Origin: Deltaproteobacteria bacterium
GTDB taxonomy: Bacteria > Desulfobacterota > Desulfobulbia > Desulfobulbales > JAGXFP01
Direction: 5' to 3'
Length of the DNA: 64,000 nt
Assembly: GCA_020056965.1 (NCBI GenBank)
Contig: JAGVGT010000072.1
Coordinates: forward strand, 6,197 to 70,196
The translations under genes were made by a program, and so were the position numbers. The first letter of the stretch is position 1; each line of letters begins with the position of its first letter. Below the pieces are notes generated by a model. That model made no database searches. It saw only the letters and a program-made list of their open reading frames with translations, and was not told where the DNA came from. Shown in pieces: positions 18,057 through 26,752 of this stretch.

Positions 18057-19613
18057 TTAGTGAAGGGATAGTGCGTTGAAAACTTCCGGCAGGCGGTCCG
18101 CCAACTCCGAGGCCAGCAGGCCAAGGGCCCACCCTTTTTCGCGGTGGACCAGATCGGCGGCCCCCCCGTGTACGTAAACGCCCAGGGCGGCAGCCTGCCA
18201 GGGCATGGTTCCCTGGGCCAGAAGGCTGCCGATCAGACCGGCCAAAACATCGCCGCTGCCGCCGGCGGCCAGAAGCGGGTTGCCGCTGCTGTTGATGGCC
18301 AATTGACCTTCGGGGGAGGCGATCACGGTGGCGGTCCCCTTTAAGACCAGCCAGACTTGGTTAGCCGCGGCGAAAGTACGGGCGCACCCCAGTCGGTCGG
18401 CCTGGATCTGAGCGGTTGGCAAACCGGTCAGCCGGGCCATTTCACCGGGATGGGGGGTGAGGATGCGCGGGCCACCCTTGTTCTGCAGGTCGCAACCCTG
18501 ATCAACCAAGAGGTTGAGGCCGTCGGCGTCTACCACCATCGGTAACTCCACCCGGCGATAAAGTTCGGCGACCAGGCGGCCCGTGGCCTCATCCCTGCCT
18601 AGGCCTGGGCCGAGGACCATGGCGTCTTTTCCGGGCAGAGACGCCAGGATTGCCGGTAGGTCGGCCATGGTGGCTTGATCAGCGGGCGAGTTCGGTAAGG
18701 CGATGGTCATCGCCTCGGGAAGGGCGGTGGCCAGGATGTCGGAGAGGGCCAGCGGGGCAGCCACGGAAACCAGCCCGGCTCCGGCGCGCAGGGCACCGCG
18801 GCAGCAGAGGAGGGCGGCGCCGGTCTTGCCCCGGGAACCGGCCAACACCAAGAGGTGGCCAAAGGTGCCCTTGTGGGCCGTAACCGGGCGGGGGACTAAC
18901 CACGGACGCACGGTCTGGTCGTCGAGCAGTTCAATCTGGAGGCGGGCGGCGTTGATGCTTTTGCTCGGAAGGCCGATGTCGACGACTTGCAAGACTCCCG
19001 TGGCCTCGAGGCCGTCACCCAGGAAATGGCCGGGCATGGGGAGTCCGAAGGTGGCAGTGAGCGTTGCTTTTGCGCAGTCGCCTAGGCTTATGCCGGTGTC
19101 ACTGGCAAGCCCGGAGGGGATATCGACGCTGATCACCGGGCGGGCGGCGCCATTGATGGCGGTTACTGCCTCGGCGTAATGGCCCGAAAGCACCCTGGTT
19201 AAGCCGGTGCCGAAAATGGCGTCAACGATCAGTTCGCTGCCCACTAAGCCGGCACGGAGGGAAGAGATCTTTTCCGGCGTGTCCGTCACGAATAAAGGGA
19301 TGTCCAGGCCACGGACCATTGCCAGATTGGTGGCGGCGTCACCTTTAAGTTTCTTTGGGTCTATCAGGAGAAAAACCTGGGGGGTTGCGCCCCGTTGGAG
19401 AAGGTGCCGGGCGATGACCAGGCCGTCGCCGCCATTGTTGCCGGGGCCTGCCACGATGGCTACAACCAGGCCGGCCAGATCCCCGAAATGGGCGGACATG
19501 ACGTCCACCGCGCCACGTCCGGCGTTTTCCATGAGGAGCAGGCTGGGGATGCGGCATTTTTTAATGGCGGCCTGGTCAAGGTCGCGCATTTCTTCGGCGA
19601 GTGCGAGTTTCAT
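18057..19613 (-). CDS. nnr: Bifunctional NAD(P)H-hydrate repair enzyme Nnr (epimerase + ADP-dependent dehydratase)
   Basis: YjeF_N motif 'GPGNNGGDG' and C-terminal kinase-fold motif 'GGSGDVLAG'. Confidence 0.9.
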   Translation of the reverse strand: MKLALAEEMRDLDQAAIKKCRIPSLLLMENAGRGAVDVMSAHFGDLAGLVVAIVAGPGNNGGDGLVIARHLLQRGATPQVFLLIDPKKLKGDAATNLAMVRGLDIPLFVTDTPEKISSLRAGLVGSELIVDAIFGTGLTRVLSGHYAEAVTAINGAARPVISVDIPSGLASDTGISLGDCAKATLTATFGLPMPGHFLGDGLEATGVLQVVDIGLPSKSINAARLQIELLDDQTVRPWLVPRPVTAHKGTFGHLLVLAGSRGKTGAALLCCRGALRAGAGLVSVAAPLALSDILATALPEAMTIALPNSPADQATMADLPAILASLPGKDAMVLGPGLGRDEATGRLVAELYRRVELPMVVDADGLNLLVDQGCDLQNKGGPRILTPHPGEMARLTGLPTAQIQADRLGCARTFAAANQVWLVLKGTATVIASPEGQLAINSSGNPLLAAGGSGDVLAGLIGSLLAQGTMPWQAAALGVYVHGGAADLVHREKGWALGLLASELADRLPEVFNALSLH

Positions 19614-19755
19614 CAAGACCTTCCGGTAACCCTTGGTTCGGTTTCTCTTATTTTAGGTCAGAGACTGGTGCATGGTCAAAGATAATGGCGACGCAGGCGG
19701 AAATTGTCTTCGATCGACTGGGGCTTGGCCAACCGAATGCCGAGGAAGGCAAGGC

Positions 19756-20361
19756 TTAGATGATGATCCCCATCTCCTTTAGATAGAGGACGACAGTCTT
19801 GATGCATTCGTTGACGGTCTGGGTGTTGGTGTCGAATGTCAGATCGGGGGCGACTGGGGGCTCGTATGGTGAGGAAATGCCGGTGTAGTTGCTGATTTCT
19901 CCCCGACGGGCCTTCTGGTACAGGCCTTTGACATCGCGCTGCTCGCAAATCTCTAGGGGGCAGCTACAGTAAATCTCGATAAAGTTCTCCGGGCCGACGA
20001 TGGAGCGCACCTTTTCCCGATCTGCTCGCAGGGGGGAAATGAAGGCGGTGAGGGCGATGACCCCGGTGTCGATGAAGAGGTGGACCATCTCGGCGATCCG
20101 ACGCAGGTTTTCACTGCGGTCCTCAGGGCTGAAGCCCAAATCGCGGCAGAGGCCGTGGCGGACGTTGTCGCCGTCAAAAACGTAGGTGCGGCAACCCATC
20201 AGGTGCAGACGTTCCTCTACGGCGTGGGCCAGGGTGGATTTTCCCGAACCGGACAGCCCGGTAAACCAGAGATTGACGCTGCGGTGGCCGTTCAGGGTTT
20301 CCCGGCGGGAACGGATCACCGCTGGCTGATGTCTGACAACGTTGGGTGACTTATCCATCAT
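19756..20361 (-). CDS. cysC: Adenylyl-sulfate (APS) kinase
   Basis: '[15 protein letters not shown]' P-loop, '[10 protein letters not shown]' and 'ISPLRADR'. Confidence 0.93.
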   Translation of the reverse strand: MMDKSPNVVRHQPAVIRSRRETLNGHRSVNLWFTGLSGSGKSTLAHAVEERLHLMGCRTYVFDGDNVRHGLCRDLGFSPEDRSENLRRIAEMVHLFIDTGVIALTAFISPLRADREKVRSIVGPENFIEIYCSCPLEICEQRDVKGLYQKARRGEISNYTGISSPYEPPVAPDLTFDTNTQTVNECIKTVVLYLKEMGIII

Positions 20362-20679
20362 TATATCCGAGACAGGTAAATTGCAGATTCAGATGGTCGG
20401 GAGAAAAAGTCGACGATATGGCCTCTCGTCAAGCTTTGTCAAGCTAACACAACGGCTGGCCGAAAACCAGTTTGAATTGGCGCGGGCGGTTCGATTTGAA
20501 GCTTTTGGCGGTAGGGCAGGTTTTGGACTTTATGACCACGATTGATGGTGGCAATTATGACAAAATTCTGGACCAGTCTCCCATTGTCTGGCCAGAAGAT
20601 CGTAGGTTCTATTGACTTATACTTAGTTATATTGTTTATGTGGTATAGGTCTGTATAACCTAATATAAGTGAGAGAATT

Positions 20680-21864
20680 ATGGACAAGATCAAAAATCCC
20701 TTTTCGCCAGGTGCTGGGTCTCCACCTCCAGAACTTGCTGGTCGCGCCGGTATTATGGAACAAGCCAGTGTGCTGTTGGGGCGAGTGCGCGCCAATCGGC
20801 CGGAAAAGAGCCTCTTGTTGACAGGGCTGCGCGGGGTTGGGAAGACCGTTTTGCTTAATGAGATTGATCGACTGGCGCAAGGCACCGGCTATCGAACCAT
20901 TATGGTTGAGGCGCATGAGGGCAAGTCGTTGGCCGTATTGTTGGCACCTCACCTCCGGCGTCTGTTGTTCGATTTGGACCGGATTGCTGGGGCCGGTGAC
21001 AAAGTGCGGCGGGGCATTGCGGTGCTTAAAAGTTTTGTCGGCGCAATTAAGATCACGGTTGGCGAGATCGACATCGGCTTGGATATTGAGCCGGAAGCGG
21101 GCGCTGCAGATAGCGGTGATCTTGAGGTCGATCTTCCCAGCCTGTTTATGGCTGTGGGCGAAGCTGCGCAGGAGCGCGGTGTTGCCGTTGCCATCCTGAT
21201 CGACGAGATTCAGTATTTCAGTTCGTCAGAGCTAAGTGCCTTGATCATGGCCATGCACAAGATGCAGCAGCGGCAGCTTCCCCTGGTGCTGATCGCTGCC
21301 GGTTTGCCGATTCTGCCGGGTCTGGCGGGGGAGTCAAAATCCTACGCCGAGCGCTTATTCAGTTTCCCAGATGTGGGTCCTTTGCCGGAACCGGATGCGA
21401 TTAAGGCTCTCCAAGACCCGGTTCTGGTGGCTGGAGAAGCGTTTGAACCATCTGCCCTGCAAGAGATTTTTCGATTGACCAAGGGCTATCCCTATTTCCT
21501 GCAGGAGTGGGGCTATCAAGCATGGAATCACGCTGCCGCTTCTCCGATTACCCTGCAAGTGGTTCAGGAGGCAAGCGAGCTGGTCTCCCTGCGGCTGGAC
21601 GAAAACTTTTTCCGGGTTAGGTTTGACCGGTTGACTCCCCGCGAAAAGAAGTTTCTGCGGGCCATGGCCGAGCTTGGAGCCGGGCCATACCGGACTGGCG
21701 ACGTTGCGGATAAGCTTGGTATAAAGATTAGCACCCTTGGGCCTCTCCGTGCCGGTTTGATCAAGAAAGGGATGGTGTATAGCCCGTCCTACGGCGATAT
21801 GGCTTTCACTGTGCCACTGTTTGATGAGTTCATGCGCCGCGCCATTCCAAATTTTGAGCCTTGA
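20680..21864 (+). CDS. Orphan AAA-type ATPase with C-terminal winged-helix (AAA_16/Arch_ATPase-like 'ATP-binding protein')
   Basis: Walker A 'GLRGVGKT', Walker B 'VAILIDEIQYF', and a C-terminal wHTH-like stretch 'LTPREKKFLRAMAELGAGPYRTGDVADKLG'. Confidence 0.7.
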   Translation: MDKIKNPFSPGAGSPPPELAGRAGIMEQASVLLGRVRANRPEKSLLLTGLRGVGKTVLLNEIDRLAQGTGYRTIMVEAHEGKSLAVLLAPHLRRLLFDLDRIAGAGDKVRRGIAVLKSFVGAIKITVGEIDIGLDIEPEAGAADSGDLEVDLPSLFMAVGEAAQERGVAVAILIDEIQYFSSSELSALIMAMHKMQQRQLPLVLIAAGLPILPGLAGESKSYAERLFSFPDVGPLPEPDAIKALQDPVLVAGEAFEPSALQEIFRLTKGYPYFLQEWGYQAWNHAAASPITLQVVQEASELVSLRLDENFFRVRFDRLTPREKKFLRAMAELGAGPYRTGDVADKLGIKISTLGPLRAGLIKKGMVYSPSYGDMAFTVPLFDEFMRRAIPNFEP

Positions 21865-22275
21865 AGGAAGTGCTTTTTCTTTACGATTGAGAGGCGAGCT
21901 GCATGGGTTTCGTAGGGGTTTCCAAATGAACTTTGATTGAAGCCGGTAGCAGATTGTGTGGGCGGCAACACGCCCCAGCTGGTCAGATTGTTTTCTGCTT
22001 ACTCTTGCTGGTGTAGGCGTAGCCGCTATTGCTTCCGCAAAGATGTTCGATCTGGGGCCGCTGTTACACATCTGCGCAGGCAGCCAAATACACACACTCG
22101 CTGGGGGTGGATAATCTGTGGCTGGACGCGGCTGTATTTTTGGGGTCGAAAAATTGGTCTGGTTGTTGTGGGTCAGAAATTGGTACCGAGAGTTGCACAG
22201 CATGCGCGAAAAACAGTCCTAAAACAGTCCTAAAAATCTAGGACTAAATCGACTTTTTTCGTAAAAAATCGCAAC

Positions 22276-22304
22276 TTGCCATTTTGGGGATGACGTGCTA
22301 TAAA
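22276..22304 (+). promoter_or_regulatory. Candidate sigma70 promoter for tRNA-Arg
   Basis: TTGCCA, a 17-nt spacer, then TATAAA. The -10 ends 30 nt before the tRNA 5' end. A/T tracts lie upstream. Confidence 0.5.
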
Positions 22305-22334
22305 TCGCGGCACTGTAGGCGTTTCAGACAAAAT

Positions 22335-22410
22335 GCCCTCGTAGCTCAGGGGATAGAGCACAGGATTCCTAATCCTGGAGTCGTAGGTTCGATTCCTACC
22401 GGGGGCACCA
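22335..22410 (+). tRNA. tRNA-Arg (anticodon CCT)
   Basis: Folded by hand. Acceptor GCCCTCG/CGGGGGC, D arm GCTC-AGGGGATA-GAGC, anticodon stem CAGGA/TCCTG with loop TTCCTAA, T arm GTAGG-TTCGATT-CCTAC, and an encoded CCA. Confidence 0.92.
22366..22410. repeat. attL-like direct repeat (3' 45 nt of tRNA-Arg)
   Basis: Identical to 26889-26933: 'ttcctaatcctggagtcgtaggttcgattcctaccgggggcacca'. Confidence 0.9.
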
Positions 22411-22455
22411 CAATATCAAGTAGTTACCTCGTTTGCCTCATTCATTGTCTCTTTC

Positions 22456-22491
22456 CAGTGTGCAAATTATTTACACACTGAGATTGTTTTT
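22456..22491 (+). terminator. Hairpin plus T-run downstream of tRNA-Arg, supplied by the islet
   Basis: 'cagtgtg' / 11-nt loop / 'cacactg', followed by 'agattgttttt'. Confidence 0.45.
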
Positions 22492-22687
22492 CTGAAGTTA
22501 TCTTTCTGGGTTTAATAATAAATTTGTAAATATATCAGTGAGTTGTCTCGCTTGGTGGAGATTGTGGCACCAGTATTGTCAATCCTGGAGTCGGGCGATG
22601 GATCGAGCAAGTTCTGTATCTTCAAGCCTTATTTGACTCGGCTGTTGAATCTATGCTCTTTTCAAAGTTAACCACGTGTGGCTGACC

Positions 22688-25114
22688 TTACAGGTGGAGT
22701 TGTTTTTGCTCTTCCTGAACACTGTATCCAATGGCTTTGTACCCTTGAATCCGGCGATTGTACATTCTCATGAGCATCGGAATATCTGTGTCGATGTAGT
22801 CGTAAACGCGAACCTCTTTTTTGCCGTCGAAATTTCGGTGTAGTCTGCCTGCATACTGCTGCAATGTCCCTCTCCATGAAATTGGTAGGGCCAATAGAAG
22901 GGTGTCCAATCGAGCATCGTCAAAACCCTCGCCAATGTAACGACCGGTTGCAATAAGCACTCTTTCCTTATTGTCCCCGATGTCGTCAAGGTTTTTGGCG
23001 ACCTCGGTTCTTTGCTTTTTTCCCATGCCACCTCGAAGAATTACAACATTCTTCGCTTTTCCATCCAGAAGTTCAGCTAATCGCTCCAGGTGATCCGTTC
23101 TTTCCGTGAGAACGAGCGGGGATCTACCGTCTTTTAGTGATTGCAGGACATCAGCTACGATCATCAAATTTCGACTTTCGTTGGCTGCCAGCTCTCTGTA
23201 GATTTCCTGTATTGAAGGAGTGCCTCCTGATGTTGTGATCTTAGCGTCGGTAAAGCGTGGGATCATCACGTGGTCGAATGGGCGGGCTTTTGCCGCAGAT
23301 CTGGCCTCAACTCGGAAACGTATCGGGCCGCATTGCATGAGAATAATGGGATGATGCCCGTCTTTTCTCACTGGTGTTGCCGTAAGGCCCAGAATGTATT
23401 TTGCCTTGGCCTTCTTCATGATCTGTTCGAAACTGAAGGCTGAAAGGTGGTGACATTCATCCACGATAATCTGTCCATACTCCGCAATAATATCGTTGAC
23501 CTCACCCTTTCGGTAAAAGCTTTGCAAGATGCCAATGTCAAGGCGTCTGGTGGGTTTTTTGCTGCCTCCTCCTATCTGCCCGATATCTTTTTCAGGAATA
23601 TCAAGGAAAGATGCCAACCTTTCTCGCCATTGATCCAGGAGCTGACGGCGGTGAACCAGGATCAGGGTGCTGCGTTTTCTCACAGCGATGAGCTTTGCCG
23701 CGACCACCGTCTTGCCAAAGGCGGTGGCTGCGCTAAGGATGCCTGTATCGTGTGATCGCAACGCCTTGACCGCTGGGATTTGTAGATCACGCAGACGACC
23801 TTTGAACGAGACCTCTAATGGTTTCCCTGTGGTTCGTTCATCTTGTATTGCGAGTTCGATATTAATGCTGCTAAAGAGCTCGGCGGCATCAGTCAGGCAT
23901 CCACGGGGAAGACCGATATGTTTGGGGAAATCTTCTGAGCAAGAGATAACCCGAGGCTTGTCATAGGTCGGTAATCGCATTGCCTGAAATTTGTAAAAGT
24001 CGGGATTTTGAAAGGCAGCAAGTCGGATTAATCTGTTTTGAAGGGCTGGCGGCAAACCCTCCTTTTCGATGTATAAAAGGTCGGCAAGAACTGCTTTGAT
24101 CATTGCTGGTAGCGGGCCTTTTATGATGGGCTCTATCAGCTTGGCGGAAGGCGGCAGTGTCCAGGGATCATCATCAACTTCGTCGCTGGTCTGACTTATC
24201 CTAACTCCAATAACTTCGCCTTTTCTGGTCGCATCTTGAGCAATTAATTCAAGCTCGTGGCCTGATATCGAGCGTACACCGGAAAGAAACGCCCATTGGT
24301 CAGGATAAGGATGGAAGTTCTCATCAAGAAAGACACTGTTTCCCTTTTCTCTTGGCCCCTTTTGTAAAGGCAAGGCAATGAGATTGCCGAATCCCCCTTT
24401 GGGCAGAGTGTCTTGATTCGGAAAAAGGCGGTCATATGAGTCAAGTCCGATCTGGTGGCGTTTCTCCATAGTGATTGTAAGAATGTAGCACCCAACCTTG
24501 CGGGCGATGGAGGCTTCGACTGGTTTAGAAAAGAAAATCCACACATGGCCACCATTTCCGGAGCGGGATCTTTCAAGAATTGCTGGTACCCCGAGGTTTT
24601 TGCAGCTCTCTAAATATTCAGCGACGTCTTCCTGCCATGTCCTTTTGTCAAAATCAGCAGCGAGGAACCAACAAGTGTCGTTCTGAAGCAAGGGATAAAC
24701 CCCGACAGTGTGTTTGCCGACAAGATGATCGTAAATGACCTTGTCCGTAACCGGTAAGAAATCGCGATGGTCACATTGTCCGCATTTGACCCGGGGTTTA
24801 TCGCAAAAGGTACGATTCCATTCGTGCCTACAGGCTGGCGAGTATCCGGTTTTCCCGCCTTTTGTTTCCCAGCGAACGGGATAGATATCCTCTCTGCCCT
24901 TAAAAAGGCGGCTGAAAATGGCAATTTTTATATCGGACGGAGAATCGTTTGTTACACCTGACTTGGAAGAATGTGAGCGAGGTGTGGTTTCTGGGGCGGG
25001 TGGGTTTTCCTGCGGTAGATTGAGGTGTTTTCTGAGGCGCTCATTTTCTTGCCGGAGTTTGGCGCATTCAGAGAGTGCCTCCTCAAGTCTTTTATGGGCG
25101 TCACTATTGTGCAT
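22688..25114 (-). CDS. Archaeo-eukaryotic primase (PrimPol-like) domain fused to SF2 DEAD/DEAH-box helicase
   Basis: 808 aa. AEP motifs are 'LAADFD' (DxD, aa 154-156), 'SGNGGHVWIFF' (sxH, H190) and 'SYDRLFP' (D228). A Cys cluster lies at C95/C104/C111/C114. Helicase motifs are 'AFGKT' (I), 'DECHH' (II), 'LTATP' (III) and 'QYAGRLHR' (VI). Confidence 0.85.
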   Translation of the reverse strand: MHNSDAHKRLEEALSECAKLRQENERLRKHLNLPQENPPAPETTPRSHSSKSGVTNDSPSDIKIAIFSRLFKGREDIYPVRWETKGGKTGYSPACRHEWNRTFCDKPRVKCGQCDHRDFLPVTDKVIYDHLVGKHTVGVYPLLQNDTCWFLAADFDKRTWQEDVAEYLESCKNLGVPAILERSRSGNGGHVWIFFSKPVEASIARKVGCYILTITMEKRHQIGLDSYDRLFPNQDTLPKGGFGNLIALPLQKGPREKGNSVFLDENFHPYPDQWAFLSGVRSISGHELELIAQDATRKGEVIGVRISQTSDEVDDDPWTLPPSAKLIEPIIKGPLPAMIKAVLADLLYIEKEGLPPALQNRLIRLAAFQNPDFYKFQAMRLPTYDKPRVISCSEDFPKHIGLPRGCLTDAAELFSSINIELAIQDERTTGKPLEVSFKGRLRDLQIPAVKALRSHDTGILSAATAFGKTVVAAKLIAVRKRSTLILVHRRQLLDQWRERLASFLDIPEKDIGQIGGGSKKPTRRLDIGILQSFYRKGEVNDIIAEYGQIIVDECHHLSAFSFEQIMKKAKAKYILGLTATPVRKDGHHPIILMQCGPIRFRVEARSAAKARPFDHVMIPRFTDAKITTSGGTPSIQEIYRELAANESRNLMIVADVLQSLKDGRSPLVLTERTDHLERLAELLDGKAKNVVILRGGMGKKQRTEVAKNLDDIGDNKERVLIATGRYIGEGFDDARLDTLLLALPISWRGTLQQYAGRLHRNFDGKKEVRVYDYIDTDIPMLMRMYNRRIQGYKAIGYSVQEEQKQLHL

Positions 25115-26030
25115 ATTTGCGCCATGGTCCTGGAGCCACCCAAACTCCAGCTTCGTGATGCTTGGATCGGAGATGCTTCACAATCGGGGTAAGGAATTCC
25201 CTGATCAACGAAATAACAACCTCAAAATTTTCTGGAGAATCCGTCTGCCCCAGTCTTTTCCTGAAGGCCTTCCATTGCTGAGATTTGATTTGCGCAAATT
25301 GATCTGAAAATGCCGGGATCTGTTCCGGGAGGTCCGTGCCGCGTTGGCGTAGTGTTTTCTCGATGGCCAGACATAGATTTTCTTCGTCAAAGTTAAATTG
25401 TCTGGCAAGCATCCAGATATCATAGAAATCCTTCATGCGGCTGTTCAACTCGCCCAGTTTGACCATGGCTTCGAACTTTTCGGCAATGGCACTTTCAATG
25501 GAGTAGCCCTGGAGGTCGGGGGCCGGAAAGTCAAGCAGGGATGGCAGCGAAATCCTTTGTGGGCCAGGGACAACAATGTCGCCAAAGCCGATATCGAGTT
25601 GCATGTTGATTCGAGCGGTATCAAGCTTGCCGATAAACCGAACCCGCACTCCATGGTAATCGGCATCTTCGGTGATTCGTTCAGCCACAATAGATTTGTC
25701 ATCAAAGGTCAAGCCATCATCCGGTTGAACTAGCGTTGTGCAGATATCCCTAACCTGCCCAATGACTATGTCGATTGCGTTGCTGGACTCCCGACCAAGC
25801 ATATCGATATCCATGGTCGCCCTCGCCAAGGGAAACTTCCATGCCCTGAGCATTAATGCGCCTTTCAGAAGAAAGGTATTAGAATGTGAGGATTGTGAGA
25901 GCCGATACAGAAATCGTTCCATAGCAAAATATTGCAACAGTTCGGCAAAAGGGCGCTGTTCCTGGCGGGCCTTATTCAGTAGCCGTTGCCGAATTGAGAC
26001 CCCGATATTTCTGGGTGTTTGGGTGGTCAT
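25104..26030 (-). CDS. abiEii: Nucleotidyltransferase AbiEii/AbiGii toxin family (type IV toxin-antitoxin)
   Basis: 308 aa. 'FLLKGALMLR', 'TMDIDM' (pol-beta-type catalytic Asp pair) and 'ESAIAEKFEAMV' are typical of DUF1814/AbiEii. Confidence 0.85.
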   Translation of the reverse strand: MTTQTPRNIGVSIRQRLLNKARQEQRPFAELLQYFAMERFLYRLSQSSHSNTFLLKGALMLRAWKFPLARATMDIDMLGRESSNAIDIVIGQVRDICTTLVQPDDGLTFDDKSIVAERITEDADYHGVRVRFIGKLDTARINMQLDIGFGDIVVPGPQRISLPSLLDFPAPDLQGYSIESAIAEKFEAMVKLGELNSRMKDFYDIWMLARQFNFDEENLCLAIEKTLRQRGTDLPEQIPAFSDQFAQIKSQQWKAFRKRLGQTDSPENFEVVISLIREFLTPIVKHLRSKHHEAGVWVAPGPWRKYAQ

Positions 26031-26620
26031 ATCAACGATTCGAGATATGGTTTCATGATATGGTCAACCCGGCAGATACGCCCGTATTTCAGCAGGAGTT
26101 CGCCGTTTCTCTTTCCCCTGGCCCCATAGAGTTTCAGGGCTTCAAGGACCACATCCATTCCCAGCTTGTTGCGGAATTTAAAACAGTCGGCTATGGTTTT
26201 CTCTGGATCGTACACCTTGACGGCTACGCCATCGATATCATGTCGCTCAATCCCGGCCTCATAAGCTTCCTGGGAAAAACGATGGGCCTCTATCGGCGGG
26301 TAATCAAGAGACGGAAGTCGATCATCCCGTGAGACTGCTATTGATACTCGGTGGGGGACTTGGGTTGTCAGTCCATGAAAGGACAGGGCGGATATAAGAC
26401 ATATCACCGCCTTGGGGTATCGCAGACAGACAGTGGCCAGGTCGGGATTGCTTATTGAGGGAAGCTCAGATAGACGATATACCCCCCTCGATACGGCGGT
26501 AATAACTTTTTGGTCCCTCAGACGGTAAAAGGCAGACCGGCTGACTCCCCCGGCAATGGCTTCGCTCATTCGCAGTTGACCACCGGCAAGCCGGAATATG
26601 TCTACGGGATTGTTTTTCAC
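26027..26620 (-). CDS. abiEi: AbiEi-family antitoxin / transcriptional regulator (type IV toxin-antitoxin)
   Basis: 197 aa. N-terminal wHTH-like 'RLRDQKVITAVSRGVYRL' and 'AVICLISALSFHGLTTQVP', typical of AbiEi. There is a 4-nt ATGA overlap with abiEii. Confidence 0.8.
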   Translation of the reverse strand: MKNNPVDIFRLAGGQLRMSEAIAGGVSRSAFYRLRDQKVITAVSRGVYRLSELPSISNPDLATVCLRYPKAVICLISALSFHGLTTQVPHRVSIAVSRDDRLPSLDYPPIEAHRFSQEAYEAGIERHDIDGVAVKVYDPEKTIADCFKFRNKLGMDVVLEALKLYGARGKRNGELLLKYGRICRVDHIMKPYLESLI

Positions 26621-26752
26621 TCTTGGGCCGATTGAAACCTTTTGTCGCCATTAGTTAATAAGTGGTGACATTATGTCTTGTCGGTTTGCCAAGGTCAAGC
26701 TCTTTCGCTTGATTAGGTCGTCAAGTATATTCCGGTCGTCAGATTGTTGGCC

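Noticed and set aside
21355-22203. A 282-aa minus-strand ORF spanning the 3' end of the ATPase gene and the region upstream of tRNA-Arg. I checked it as a possible integrase remnant.
   Set aside because: It overlaps the ATPase CDS by about 500 nt. Its composition is low-complexity and it has no integrase-like R..HxxR..Y pattern.
22284-22481. A 65-aa plus-strand ORF.
   Set aside because: It runs straight through the tRNA-Arg gene, so it is an artefact.
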